DNA of 64,000 nt from an uncultured delta proteobacterium. GTDB taxonomy: Bacteria; Desulfobacterota; WTBG01. The stretch spans positions 1 to 64,000 of the forward strand of contig CAWCBP010000008.1 in assembly GCA_963793865.1 (NCBI GenBank), in the 5' to 3' direction. Positions 22,669 to 32,749 of the stretch are shown here, piece by piece (position 1 is the first letter of the stretch; each line of letters starts with the position of its first letter). A program made the position numbers and the translations under genes. Below the pieces are notes generated by a model. That model was not told the origin of the DNA. It ran no database searches and saw only the letters and a program-made list of their open reading frames with translations.

Positions 22669-23601
22669 TTATGTGCCGATTTTTGTCTGGGTTTCGGTTA
22701 TGCCCGGAATTTCCTGTTCCAAATAAGCCCGTATCTTGTTTAAAAGTCTTTCTTCTATCTGCCGGGCGCGCTCCCGGGTAATGCCGTATTTGTCGCCGAT
22801 TTCCTGAAGGGTCAGCGGGTTCTCTGTCAGCAGCCGGTTCTCAAAGAGGTAAAGCTCCTTGTCTTTCAGCGTCGTTTTAAATTCCTTGAGCTTTTCGGTA
22901 ACCAGCGATTGAATTTCCCCTTCTGCCAGCCTGGTGTCAATGGAGTCCTGCTGTAAGGGTACGAAATCCATCAGGCTTTTATCCGCATCATCCCTGAGGG
23001 GGGTGTCCAGTGATGCCTCCCAGCTGCTCATGCGCTGGTCCATCTGGATGACCTCTTTTTCTTTGACGCCGATTCGCTCCGCGAGCTGTTTTGGCCCCGC
23101 TGCGTATCCAAGAGCTTCGAGCCGTGCCCGCTCTTTCTGGAGGTTGAAAAAAAGTTTGCGCTGTGCCTGGGTGGTGCCGATCTTAACCAGCCGCCAGTTA
23201 TCCAGAATAAATCTGAGTATGTATGCCCTGATCCAGAAAGATGCATACGAGGACAACTGGATGCCCCGGTGGGGATCAAATTTTTTGACGGCCTGCATCA
23301 GCCCGATATTCCCTTCCTGGATGAGATCCAGCAGGTTCATTACCCAGGCGCGGTGAAATTCAAGGGCGATCTTGACCACCAGCCTCAGGTTGGAGGTCAC
23401 CAGCTTGTAGGCGGCGTGAGGGTCTTTTTTTTCCTGGTACTGGGTGGCGAGATGGTATTCCTCCTCCCTGGTCAATAATTTATATTGGCTTATTTCCATA
23501 AGATATCTTTGGAGGGGATCATAAGGGACGAGGGACGCGTCCTTCGAGACCTTCGGCGCTGCTTCTTTTTTCTGAGGGAGGGCGGTTTTTTTTGATTTCA
23601 T
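22669..23601 (-). CDS. rpoH: RNA polymerase sigma-32 factor
   Basis: SNLRLVVKIA, DLIQEGNIGLM, RpoH box TTQAQRKLFFNL, TLQEIG..ITRERARQIE. Confidence 0.92.
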   Translation of the reverse strand: MKSKKTALPQKKEAAPKVSKDASLVPYDPLQRYLMEISQYKLLTREEEYHLATQYQEKKDPHAAYKLVTSNLRLVVKIALEFHRAWVMNLLDLIQEGNIGLMQAVKKFDPHRGIQLSSYASFWIRAYILRFILDNWRLVKIGTTQAQRKLFFNLQKERARLEALGYAAGPKQLAERIGVKEKEVIQMDQRMSSWEASLDTPLRDDADKSLMDFVPLQQDSIDTRLAEGEIQSLVTEKLKEFKTTLKDKELYLFENRLLTENPLTLQEIGDKYGITRERARQIEERLLNKIRAYLEQEIPGITETQTKIGT

Positions 23602-23868
23602 GGCGGCTTTTTGGAGACAATACTTTTTGTTGCGTTTTTATCCTGATGCTCTTGCATTGTATCAAAAAAACTGAAAAAATCCAGCCCATTATGCGGAGCG
23701 GAAACTATTTGACAAAAGTGTTTTCCCTGGGGTAAAGAGAAGCACACAAGGAAAACAGTTTTGTTGTAGGAAGCTCAACAGCAGCGCGTGTGAGGGAGGT
23801 CCCGGTTTCAATCCGGAGAACCGGCCTTCCTCCCGCAAAACATTTAGCGTACGGCCGGTCGATCATCC

Positions 23869-24426
23869 ATGCAGATTCCTTTTGATCAATCAATGATTTT
23901 AGACTTTCTTCTGCTGTGCGTTGCGGGATACCTTGTCTTCAGCAGTATTCGAAAAGGATGCGTACCGACCTTCTATTCACTTCTCGCCCTCTGTCTTTCC
24001 TACCCCATCGACTGCTACCTGTTTCCACTGCTCGCTTCATGGTTCAGTCCGCCGGTAGCCGGGCGGATACTTGGAGATGCCATCGCCTTCGCGGCTCTCA
24101 TGGCCGCAGTCTATTTTCTGCTCCTGCTCTTATTCTGGGCCGTGCTCACCCTGGCAAAGAGGGTTGCCCCGGAGGTGTCGGACCAGGCAGCTGCAGCAAT
24201 GCTAGGGCTGTTGAAAACAGCGGCAATGACGCTGCTGATTATCCTGATTATGGTCACCTTCCTTCAGAACCGCAGCAGCTATATTAAACACTCCTTCTTT
24301 GCGCGCTCGCTTTTATCAGTGGTAAACACTATGGCAAAACCCCTGCCTCCGGCTCTTAAAGAGAAATATCTTCAGAAAAAGGACGGCATTGAGGTCGGCA
24401 AGGGTGGTTCTGCCTTAAAAAAATAG
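23869..24426 (+). CDS. CvpA (colicin V production) family membrane protein
   Basis: D..SIRKG N-terminal pattern, four TM helices, DQ..A.LGLLK. Confidence 0.6.
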   Translation: MQIPFDQSMILDFLLLCVAGYLVFSSIRKGCVPTFYSLLALCLSYPIDCYLFPLLASWFSPPVAGRILGDAIAFAALMAAVYFLLLLLFWAVLTLAKRVAPEVSDQAAAAMLGLLKTAAMTLLIILIMVTFLQNRSSYIKHSFFARSLLSVVNTMAKPLPPALKEKYLQKKDGIEVGKGGSALKK

Positions 24427-24562
24427 GTTTTGGTAGGCCTGCCTTGGTGTTGTACGCTGTTAACCTTCTGTTTTGATATTGTTCAGCCGCCAGCCTATCA
24501 CTTTGAGTCCACCGCATCCGCTCAGGACAGACCCTGTAAAAATATCGTCATTTATAATCCAT

Positions 24563-24590
24563 GTAGAGGCGACCGGCCGGTCGCCCCTAC
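24563..24590. repeat. REP-like palindrome family A
   Basis: gtagaggcgaccggccggtcgcccctac (1 mismatch). Confidence 0.85.
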
Positions 24591-24652
24591 ATTATCCTGC
24601 CCTGTTTGCGTTAGGATAAATCTCCTTTTGTTACACCAGCAGGTGAGGCCAG

Positions 24653-25669
24653 TTACTGTCTGCCCTTTCTGCTTCCTGCCATCATGGCTGCCATTTTAAG
24701 GGCGTTGGAAAGGCTTGCCGGATTTGCCCTGCCTGTCCCGGCGATATCGTAGGCGGTTCCATGGTCCACTGAAGTGCGAATGATGGGCAACCCCAGGGTC
24801 ACGTTGACCGCTTCGTCAAAGTGGAGGAGTTTGAGCGGGATGAGCGCCTGGTCGTGATACATGCAGATCACTGCGTCGTAACGGCCCGCTGCGGCGTGAT
24901 AAAAAAGGGTGTCCGGCGGCAGGGGACCTGTAGCGTCTATGCCCAGGGCACGTGACTGCTCCAGTGCGGGCACAATGATCTTCTCCTCTTCGTTTCCGAA
25001 GAGCCCGCCCTCGCCCGCGTGAGGATTGAGGGCCGCGACGGCAATCCTCGGCTGCGGCAGGCGGAAATAATCCTGCAGGGCGCGGTGGGTGATGCCGATA
25101 GCCGTTACGATCTTCTCTGTCGTGAGCAAGCGAAAAACATCGCGTAAGGCGCAGTGAATGGTCACCGGTACAACCTTCAACTTTTCGCCGGCAAGCATCA
25201 TGACATAGTGCGCGGTCCCGGTCAGCTCGGCCAGCAGCTCGGTGTGGCCGGGGTAGGAATATCCCGCGTCAGAGAGCGCCTTCTTGCTGATGGGTGCGGT
25301 GGTAATGGCGTCCACCTCACCCCGCACGGCCAGCCGCACCGCTTCGGCAATATAGGCATACATTGCCCTCCCGCACGCCGGGGAAGGCGCTCCGTAGCCT
25401 GCCTCCTCCGGGCGGATGGCGGAAAGAGGAACCAGGTTGAGCGCGCCGTGCCGGTAGTGCTGTTCTCCCGCCGTTTCCATCTCATGCACTTCAATGGTCG
25501 AGCCGAGGAGCCTGACCGCCCGCTCGATTATGTTTCTGTCGCCCAGCACGATGGGCCGGCAGAAATGAAAAGTGCCCCGTTGGGAGAGCACTTTCACGAT
25601 GATTTCCGGGCCGATGCCGGTGGGATCACCCATGGTAACGGCAATCCGGGGCGCTTCCGATGCAGCCAT
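24653..25669 (-). CDS. pdxA: 4-hydroxythreonine-4-phosphate dehydrogenase
   Basis: TMGDPTGIGPEI, GHTE, LNPHAGE, MYHDQ, RTSVDHGTA. Confidence 0.93.
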   Translation of the reverse strand: MAASEAPRIAVTMGDPTGIGPEIIVKVLSQRGTFHFCRPIVLGDRNIIERAVRLLGSTIEVHEMETAGEQHYRHGALNLVPLSAIRPEEAGYGAPSPACGRAMYAYIAEAVRLAVRGEVDAITTAPISKKALSDAGYSYPGHTELLAELTGTAHYVMMLAGEKLKVVPVTIHCALRDVFRLLTTEKIVTAIGITHRALQDYFRLPQPRIAVAALNPHAGEGGLFGNEEEKIIVPALEQSRALGIDATGPLPPDTLFYHAAAGRYDAVICMYHDQALIPLKLLHFDEAVNVTLGLPIIRTSVDHGTAYDIAGTGRANPASLSNALKMAAMMAGSRKGRQ

Positions 25670-25678
25670 AATCAATGT

Positions 25679-26065
25679 CTACCCTTTTTGTTTGTAAACC
25701 GCCTCTTCATCAAAGACCTTGATGCCCACCGTCTTCAGTTCTTCTCCCTCAATCTTGCGATAGAAGCAGCTGCGGTACCCGGTGTGGCAGGCAGCCACTG
25801 CCTGGTCTACCTTGAAAAGCAGGGCATCCCGGTCACAGTCTATGAATATTTCCTTGATTGCCTGCACGTGTCCGGAGCTTTCGCCCTTGACCCACAATGA
25901 CTGGCGCGACCGGCTGAAGAAGCAGGTTATGCCTGATGACAATGATTTAAGCACGGATTCCCTGTTCATGTAAGCGAGCATGAGCACCTCGCCATTCCGG
26001 TAATCCTGGATAATGGCGGGTACCAAACCGTTGCTGTCGAATTTGATGTTGTCTACCCATTCCAT
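25679..26065 (-). CDS. hisI: Phosphoribosyl-AMP cyclohydrolase
   Basis: [31 protein letters not shown]. Confidence 0.95.
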   Translation of the reverse strand: MEWVDNIKFDSNGLVPAIIQDYRNGEVLMLAYMNRESVLKSLSSGITCFFSRSRQSLWVKGESSGHVQAIKEIFIDCDRDALLFKVDQAVAACHTGYRSCFYRKIEGEELKTVGIKVFDEEAVYKQKG

Positions 26066-26099
26066 AATCGTTCCCTTTTGATTGATGATAATCCTTGGT

Positions 26100-26334
26100 A
26101 TCAAATGTCAAACGACAAAATCCCAAGTTCAAAGGAATGACAAAATCCAAATGCTTAAATCGTTTCTTCTGACTGTGAAATGTATCATTCGCTTTTTTCG
26201 CGGCTAAAGCCGCTCCTACCGATGATGTCCTTCTTCAGTGATTTTTCTTTTGGCATTTGAACTTTGAAATTCACTTGGCATTTGAGCTTTGACATTTGTC
26301 ATTCCCTTATTTCGCGGCTAAAACCGATCCTACC
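26100..26334. repeat. Composite intergenic element: A-rich short-repeat arm + REP-B half + T-rich arm
   Basis: tcaaatgtcaaa..aatgacaaaatccaaatg; tcgcggctaaagccgctcctacc; tggcatttgaactttga..tggcatttgagctttgacatttgtcatt; same layout at 30660-30890. Confidence 0.7.
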
Positions 26335-26356
26335 GGGTAGGATGACAATTATCTGC

Positions 26357-27124
26357 TTACATCCTTACCGGAATTCCCCGTTCGTGTAAATACGTTTTTG
26401 TCTCCCTGATGCTGTGCGTCCGGTAGTGAAAAACCGAGGCCGCCAGGGCGGCATCCGCCTTGCCCAGGGCAAAGGCGTCATAAAAGTGTTCGAAGCTGCC
26501 CGCCCCGCCTGACGCGATGACCGGGACCGTTACCCGCTGGGAAACGGCCCTGGTAAGATCAAGGTCGTATCCGTCCCTGGTGCCGTCTTTATCCATGCTG
26601 GTCAGAAGGATTTCACCCGCTCCCAGTCTTTCAGCGCGCTCCGCCCAGCCCAGCACATCGATGCCGGTCGGCTTTCTCCCCCCGTAGGTATACACCTCAA
26701 AGCGACCGGGTGTCCCGGAGGCGGTGCGCTTGGCATCTATGGCCAGCACGATGCACTGACTTCCAAAGCGCTGCGCCGCCTCTTCAAGCAGGCGTTCATT
26801 CTCAACCGCCGCGGTGTTGACGGAAACCTTGTCGGCGCCGGCATTGAGCAGGTCTCTGATGTCATCAAGGTCCCTGATGCCGCCGCCTACCGTCAGGGGC
26901 ATAAACACTTCGGCGGCCGTGCGCTCCACCACATCGAGTATGATATTTCGCTTTTCGTGGGAGGCGGTGATATCGAGGTAGACGAGTTCATCCGCCCCTT
27001 CTTCATCGTACACCTTTGCGTTTTCAACCGGGTCCCCTGCATCCTTCAGCTGTACGAAGTTGACCCCCTTCACCACGCGTCCGTCTTTTACATCCAGGCA
27101 GGGTATGATGCGTTTGGTCAGCAT
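26357..27124 (-). CDS. hisF: Imidazole glycerol phosphate synthase cyclase subunit
   Basis: [34 protein letters not shown]. Confidence 0.97.
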   Translation of the reverse strand: MLTKRIIPCLDVKDGRVVKGVNFVQLKDAGDPVENAKVYDEEGADELVYLDITASHEKRNIILDVVERTAAEVFMPLTVGGGIRDLDDIRDLLNAGADKVSVNTAAVENERLLEEAAQRFGSQCIVLAIDAKRTASGTPGRFEVYTYGGRKPTGIDVLGWAERAERLGAGEILLTSMDKDGTRDGYDLDLTRAVSQRVTVPVIASGGAGSFEHFYDAFALGKADAALAASVFHYRTHSIRETKTYLHERGIPVRM

Positions 27125-27125
27125 G

Positions 27126-27860
27126 CTATAGCCTTTGCCCCTTCGCCAGAGCGAGGGCGTCCTTTAAGTTTATGGTACCCTCATACAGCGCCCTGCCGAC
27201 GATGATTCCCTGAACGCCGCCGGCTTCAAGGCGCAGCAGCTCCCTGATGTGGTCAAGCGTGGTGACGCCTCCTGATGCGATGACCGGGATGCGGGTCGCC
27301 TCCGCCATCGCCCTGGTACTTTCGATGTTGGGACCGCTCATCATGCCGTCGCGCTTGATGTCGGTGAAGATGATGGTCTCAACCCCTTTGTCTTCCATGG
27401 TCTTTACCAGGTCGGCGGCCCGCACGGCGGTTGTTTCCTGCCACCCTTCAACGGCAACCAGACCCTCCCGCGCGTCAATTCCCACCGCAATGCTGCCGGG
27501 GAACTTTTTGCATGCTTCTTCAAGCAGGGCGGGCTGTTTGTGAGCTATGGTCCCCAGCACCACCCGTTTCACACCCAGGGCAAGATAGTGCTCGATGGTG
27601 TCGAGGGTCCTGATACCGCCGCCCAGCTCGAGGGGGATGGATATGGATTGAAGGATCCGCTTGATTGCGGTTTCATTTTGCGGCCTGCCCGCAACCGCGC
27701 CGTCGAGATCGACAATATGGAGGAATTGAGCCCCCAGGGATTCCCAGCGGCCGGCAACCTCCTCAGGATGGTTGGAAAAGAGCGTCTCTCTGTCCATCTC
27801 TCCCTGCTGCAGCCGCACGCACCTGCCGCCTTTCAAATCTATGGCGGGTAGTATCAGCAT
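27126..27860 (-). CDS. hisA: ProFAR isomerase
   Basis: [35 protein letters not shown]. Confidence 0.96.
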   Translation of the reverse strand: MLILPAIDLKGGRCVRLQQGEMDRETLFSNHPEEVAGRWESLGAQFLHIVDLDGAVAGRPQNETAIKRILQSISIPLELGGGIRTLDTIEHYLALGVKRVVLGTIAHKQPALLEEACKKFPGSIAVGIDAREGLVAVEGWQETTAVRAADLVKTMEDKGVETIIFTDIKRDGMMSGPNIESTRAMAEATRIPVIASGGVTTLDHIRELLRLEAGGVQGIIVGRALYEGTINLKDALALAKGQRL

Positions 27861-28495
27861 CCCTTTCCCTCCCCGGCCCATGCCCCGAAATTTTTTAACA
27901 GCCGCAGTCCCACTCCCTGGCTCTTCTCGGGATGAAACTGACAGGCGAAGATATTGTCCTTCTGTATGCTGGAGGTGAACTCAATGCCGTATCCGGTGGT
28001 GGCGGCTATAACCGCGGTGTCCTCAGGGACCACGTAGTAGGAGTGGACGAAATAAAAAAATGATCCGTCCTCGATGCCGCTGAAAACAGGTGCCTCCCCG
28101 CGCAGGGAAATGGTGTTCCATCCCATGTGAGGAATTTTAAGGCGCTCGGCTCCCGGGGTATCGCGCTGAGCAAAGCGGACCACCCTGCCGGGAATGAGAT
28201 TCAGGCCGGGGGTGGTGCCGAATTCCCCGCTCTCGGTAAAAAGAACCTGCAGCCCCAGGCAAATACCCAGAAATGGCTTTCCGCTTTTGACGGACTGCAC
28301 AATGGGATGGATCAGGTTCAACTTCTCAAGGCTGCGGATGCAGTCCCTGAATGCACCGACACCGGGCAGCACCAGCGCGCCGGCATCGCGAATTGCCTGC
28401 GGGGAGCTGGTTACCAGGGCGGCATGGCCCGTCTTTTCAAGGGCCTTTTGCACGCTGCGCAGATTTCCCATTCCATAATCGATAACTGCGATCAC
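27854..28495 (-). CDS. hisH: Imidazole glycerol phosphate synthase glutaminase subunit
   Basis: [32 protein letters not shown]. Confidence 0.97.
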   Translation of the reverse strand: MIAVIDYGMGNLRSVQKALEKTGHAALVTSSPQAIRDAGALVLPGVGAFRDCIRSLEKLNLIHPIVQSVKSGKPFLGICLGLQVLFTESGEFGTTPGLNLIPGRVVRFAQRDTPGAERLKIPHMGWNTISLRGEAPVFSGIEDGSFFYFVHSYYVVPEDTAVIAATTGYGIEFTSSIQKDNIFACQFHPEKSQGVGLRLLKNFGAWAGEGKGC

Positions 28496-28566
28496 TGAGC
28501 TGTCCCTGTGAGATGTTTAACCGTCATACCCTTTGGGGTACCACACGTCATGAAAATTATAGAGAG

Positions 28567-28734
28567 GTCATTCTGCGGCTCGACCGCAGAATCCAGTTTT
28601 TATTATTTTTGGATCCTGCGATCAAGTCGCAGGATGACTGCCCCAACAAAGGATTGATAAGCAAAAATGTCATTGCGGACATCAGCGAAGCATGTGAATG
28701 GGAATGCTTCATCACCGGTGTTCCTCGCAATGAC
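28567..28734. repeat. Two GTCAT...ATGAC-bounded hairpin repeats (family C)
   Basis: gtcattctgcgg..cgcaggatgac (28567-28638) and gtcattgcgg..cgcaatgac (28669-28734); related copy at 32076-32173. Confidence 0.7.
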
Positions 28735-28776
28735 CATTATATGTGGTTGTCTTGTGTACTATAAGAAAACAGCCTG

Positions 28777-29364
28777 CTAGAGCTTTCCCTTGGTCGACAT
28801 CACTCCCACTATTCTCTCGTCAACCATGGTTGCCATGTCCAGGGCCCGGGCAAAGGCTTTGAAAATCGCCTCTATGATGTGGTGGGCATTTTCACCATAG
28901 GGGGCTTTGATGTGCAGGGCTATGCCGCTGTTCTTTACAAACGCTCCGAAAAACTCCTTAACCAGCTCCACATCGAAGGTGCCGACTGTACCCTGACGGA
29001 GCGCCGGGGTGTCATATACCAGGCCCGGCCTGTTGCAGATATCTAAAACAACCGTGCTCAGCGATTCGTCCATGGGCACGGTTGCTTCTCCGTAGCGCCT
29101 GATTCCCTTGCAGTCGCCGAGCGCCTTTTTAAGACATTCCCCCAGGGAGATCCCGATGTCCTCGACCGTGTGGTGGTAATCCACCTCGATATCGCCCTTC
29201 GCCCTGACGTTGAGGTCGAACAGGCCGTGCCGGGCGAAAAGTTCCAGCATGTGGTCCAGAAAGGGTACGGACGTGCTGATGCTGCTCTTACCGGAACCGT
29301 CAATGACTATTTCAACCGCAACCTCGGTTTCCTTTGTCTTTCTCTCAACGGTGGCCTTTCTCAT
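28777..29364 (-). CDS. hisB: Imidazoleglycerol-phosphate dehydratase
   Basis: [44 protein letters not shown]. Confidence 0.96.
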   Translation of the reverse strand: MRKATVERKTKETEVAVEIVIDGSGKSSISTSVPFLDHMLELFARHGLFDLNVRAKGDIEVDYHHTVEDIGISLGECLKKALGDCKGIRRYGEATVPMDESLSTVVLDICNRPGLVYDTPALRQGTVGTFDVELVKEFFGAFVKNSGIALHIKAPYGENAHHIIEAIFKAFARALDMATMVDERIVGVMSTKGKL

Positions 29365-29398
29365 GACCGCGCTCCGCTTTGCAGATGAAATAAAAAAA

Positions 29399-29474
29399 TG
29401 GTGGAGATGAGGGGACTCGAACCCCCGACCCCTACCTTGCGAAGGTAATGCTCTCCCAGCTGAGCTACATCCCC
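29399..29474 (-). tRNA. tRNA-Ala (anticodon CGC)
   Basis: GGGGATGTAGCTCAGCTGGGAGAGCATTACCTTCGCAAGGTAGGGGTCGGGGGTTCGAGTCCCCTCATCTCCACCA: cloverleaf, G3:U70 pair, encoded CCA. Confidence 0.96.
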
Positions 29475-29660
29475 ACACCATTTTTTTGGCAAGAAAGGCC
29501 TGACTCCAGGAACCTTTCTATGAGCTGCCCAATCGATTGTGAATGCAGTATAGCAAAAAACAAACTTTTGTTAAAGCATTAAATGAAAGCCAACTTTTCC
29601 TTGAAAACGGGATGGCGGTGCTATACATTCGTCTCATGTGTTTTAGCTCGAGGAGATAAA

Positions 29661-30647
29661 ATGGGCATGAAAAAATTCGATGAAAAGGTGCCGGCTGTAA
29701 GTCAGCCCGCGGATGCCGTCGATCTCAAATCCATTGATCCTGATGACGCAGTTTTCCGCTTAAGCTACGGCTTTGACCTTGAACCGCTCAAAGAATCCAT
29801 CCGCCGGATTGGCTTGATTAATCCTCCCGTGCTGCGAAAAAGGCCTGATGACCGTTACCAGATCGTCTGCGGGTATAGAAGAATGAGTGCTTTGCGGGAA
29901 CTTAATGTTTCCTCTGCCTCATGTCAATTGGTGCCACCGGAAACAAGCGACGAAGCATGTCTGCTTTTGAGCCTCTATGATAATATCTCTCACCGTGAAC
30001 TTAATCCCATTGAGAAGTCCCTCGCATTAAACAGGCTCCTCTCCTATTATACCGAAGAGACGATCGCGCGCGATTTTTTGCCGCTGTTTAAACTGCAGCC
30101 TCATATCACGCAGTTCAGAACCTATCAACCCCTTTGCCAGTTGGATATGGGAATCCGGGACGCCATCATTGATGGTATCATTGATGTACAGAGTGCGCTC
30201 CGCCTGTCCCGGCTGGACCCGGAGAGCAGGGAGTGTCTTGCGCGGCTTCTTATCAGCCTGCGATTAAGCGTCAGCAAACAGGTTGAAGTCATTACAACGG
30301 TTGCAGAGATTGGACTGCGGGACGGGGTGTCTCTCCGAACGGTGACCGGAGACCCGGATATACAATCCACCCTGACAAATGATAAGCTGAACCGGCCGCA
30401 GAAGGGCGATGCGGTCCTGCGCCTTCTGCGCGAGAAGCGCTATCCCCGGCTTACCGCAAAGGAGAGGCAGGTCAAAGGCATACTCTGCAAGGTAAAGCTT
30501 CCCCCGGGCGCGAGCATTACACCGCCGCCTTTTTTTGAGGATAATCGCTATTGCCTCTCCGTGTACTTCACCGGCTGGCAGGAGTTGAGGGAACGGCTGG
30601 ATTTATTGGACACCATCATCACGGATGATCTTCCGTCGATTGAATAG
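29661..30647 (+). CDS. ParB/Srx N-terminal domain protein
   Basis: LKESIRRIGLINPP..YQIVCGYRRMSA, DN..RELNPIEK. Confidence 0.8.
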   Translation: MGMKKFDEKVPAVSQPADAVDLKSIDPDDAVFRLSYGFDLEPLKESIRRIGLINPPVLRKRPDDRYQIVCGYRRMSALRELNVSSASCQLVPPETSDEACLLLSLYDNISHRELNPIEKSLALNRLLSYYTEETIARDFLPLFKLQPHITQFRTYQPLCQLDMGIRDAIIDGIIDVQSALRLSRLDPESRECLARLLISLRLSVSKQVEVITTVAEIGLRDGVSLRTVTGDPDIQSTLTNDKLNRPQKGDAVLRLLREKRYPRLTAKERQVKGILCKVKLPPGASITPPPFFEDNRYCLSVYFTGWQELRERLDLLDTIITDDLPSIE

Positions 30648-30659
30648 GATGGGCTTTTT

Positions 30660-30890
30660 AATTTCAAAAGCCAAAGCTCAAAGTTTAAATGAATGTCAAA
30701 ATCCAAATGTCCAAAGAGAATTTCGCGGCTGAAAGCCGCTCCTACCAGTGAGTGGTCTTCACCGCAGGACGATCTTCCCCTTTGTCATTTGAACTTTGAA
30801 CTTGATTTGGCATTTGAGCTTTGACATTTGTCATTGTTATCCAGGGCTTTGGCATTTGACATTCCTCTTTTAAGCTTTGAACTTTGCCAT
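30660..30890. repeat. Composite intergenic element (short-repeat arms + REP-B half)
   Basis: Same arms and central tcgcggctgaaagccgctcctacc as 26100-26334. Confidence 0.7.
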
Positions 30891-30910
30891 TTCTTTGCGA
30901 ATCCGACCAT

Positions 30911-32044
30911 ATGAAGCCTTACTTCCCCACAAAAGTGATCATAGAGCAGGATGCGGCTGATCTTCCCCTGACGCAGGCCATGCTGAAAAGGCTGGAGGGG
31001 GTCCCGCGCGAGTTTGCGGCCTCTCTCAAATTGTACCTGGAGGAAATGAGCGGTAAAAATTGGCATGACGCGCAGGACACCCTGGTTCTGTGCAAAAACA
31101 GGGGAAGATTTTTTGAACCCTGCCCGGGCACACAACGCTACCTCTGCTGCGGTTACTCCATCCTCAATTTTGCCGCCAACTGTCCTCTTAACTGCACCTA
31201 CTGCATATTGCAGTCGTATTTGAATAATCCCTGTATGGTTGTTTATGCCAATGCGGAGGAGATGCTGAAAGAACTGGACAATGCGCTCGATCATCATCCG
31301 GAAAGGTTCTTCAGGGTTGGTACCGGTGAATACACCGACAGCCTGGTGCTGGATCATCTCACCTCGATCAGCACGCTGCTTGTTCCGCATTTTACCGGAA
31401 GAGAGAATGCCATGCTGGAGCTGAAGACCAAAACCGACAATATCGGGAATCTGCAAGGACTTGATCACGGCGGGAGAACCGCTGTATCCTGGTCTCTCAA
31501 TTCGGAGCAGGTGTTCAGAAGCGAGGAGCCGTCCGCCTGCCCTCTCGATGCCCGTCTGCAGGCGGCAGGCCTCTGCTCGAAGTGGGGATACCCGGTGGGC
31601 TTTCATTTTGACCCCCTTATCTATTACCCGGGCTGGGAGGGCGACTACCGGAAGGTGGTGGAAAGGATTTTTCAATCCGTCGATCCCGCCTGTATCTGCT
31701 GGATCAGCCTGGGGTGCTTCAGATACATGCCCGCGCTCAAGCCGGTGGTCATGGAACGCTATCCGTCAAGCGCAATCTTCTGCCAGGAATTTATCAGGGG
31801 GCTTGACGGCAAGATGAGGTATTTCAAACCCATCAGGATAGAGATGTATGCCAAAATGGCGCGGTGGATACGGGATTGCTGCCCGGATGTGGCTATCTAT
31901 CTTTGCATGGAAAGCCGCGAGGTGTGGGAAAAATCAATCGGCTTTGCGCCGGACTCCGCCCAGGATCTGAATAACCGGCTGGCCGATTACTGGCTCTCAA
32001 ACAGGAGGAGGGCTATCAGCTCCGCCTGGCGTGGTGTCACATAA
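30911..32044 (+). CDS. Spore photoproduct lyase (SplB)-like radical SAM protein
   Basis: CPGT..YLCCGY, CPLNCTYC, GEYTDSL, ELKTK, SWSLN, GFHFDP, YLCME. Confidence 0.82.
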   Translation: MKPYFPTKVIIEQDAADLPLTQAMLKRLEGVPREFAASLKLYLEEMSGKNWHDAQDTLVLCKNRGRFFEPCPGTQRYLCCGYSILNFAANCPLNCTYCILQSYLNNPCMVVYANAEEMLKELDNALDHHPERFFRVGTGEYTDSLVLDHLTSISTLLVPHFTGRENAMLELKTKTDNIGNLQGLDHGGRTAVSWSLNSEQVFRSEEPSACPLDARLQAAGLCSKWGYPVGFHFDPLIYYPGWEGDYRKVVERIFQSVDPACICWISLGCFRYMPALKPVVMERYPSSAIFCQEFIRGLDGKMRYFKPIRIEMYAKMARWIRDCCPDVAIYLCMESREVWEKSIGFAPDSAQDLNNRLADYWLSNRRRAISSAWRGVT

Positions 32045-32075
32045 AATGATAATATTATAGATTAATTTACACGCG

Positions 32076-32173
32076 GTCATTGCGAGCAAAGCGAAGCAAT
32101 CTCATTTTTTGTAAGGGCTCTGCTTACGCGGTCAAAACAGAGATTGCTTCGTCACTGCGTTCCTCGCAATGAC
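32076..32173. repeat. Family C hairpin repeat
   Basis: gtcattgcgagcaaagcgaagcaatctc..gagattgcttcgtc..cctcgcaatgac. Confidence 0.75.
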
Positions 32174-32219
32174 AGGTTTATTTTGCTTTTCATAAAAAAA
32201 TTATTCCGGGGACAACCTG

Positions 32220-32426
32220 CTAGGGATGGGTATCGTGGTAATCGTTGGAGGGTGTGTGTTCGACACCGCCTTCTGCTTTTTGAGGAATGGGCGACGGGGC
32301 GGTAGCGGAATCCCTGGAGATGGTTCTCTCCGCGTGACCCTGTTTGCTGCCGGCAGGGAAAAAGGCCAGAAATGAAATGAGGGCAAAAAAGGCGACTACG
32401 AACACGCAATTTTTGAACTTGACCAT
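32220..32426 (-). CDS. Small hypothetical secreted or membrane protein
   Basis: GAAGGA RBS; hydrophobic N-terminus followed by a polar tail. Confidence 0.35.
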   Translation of the reverse strand: MVKFKNCVFVVAFFALISFLAFFPAGSKQGHAERTISRDSATAPSPIPQKAEGGVEHTPSNDYHDTHP

Positions 32427-32652
32427 CAGTTATGTCATCCTTCGATGTATGATTACGATTTGACGTGCAATATCAGCAACGTATCGGCAGACCGTCAAAG
32501 AATCTTTACCTGCGATGCGCCTGCCTGAAACACCTTTATACAGGACCTGCCGGGGCCGGTCAATATTTTTTTCGCTCTGCCGGTATTGTGCTGATGCAAC
32601 AACAGCATAAAGCAGCAACAGGATCGCGAGGAAAGACATTTTTAGAAAAGCA

Positions 32653-32681
32653 TTGACAATGCATTGTGTGAGGCCTAGATT
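32653..32681 (+). promoter_or_regulatory. Sigma-70-like promoter of panBC
   Basis: TTGACA-17 nt-TAGATT. Confidence 0.55.
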
Positions 32682-32749
32682 CGTATTCAGATGCATCTTC
32701 GCAGCGGCAGACAGGAAGGCACTCATTAATCTCATATGAGGTGAATGCC

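Noticed and set aside
29365..29481. N-terminal extension of HisB in the ORF track
   Set aside because: It reads through the tRNA-Ala gene; the real start is ATG 29364.
29399..32200. Integrative element at tRNA-Ala
   Set aside because: There is no integrase and no duplicated tRNA 3' end; the neighbouring genes lie on the tRNA 5' side.
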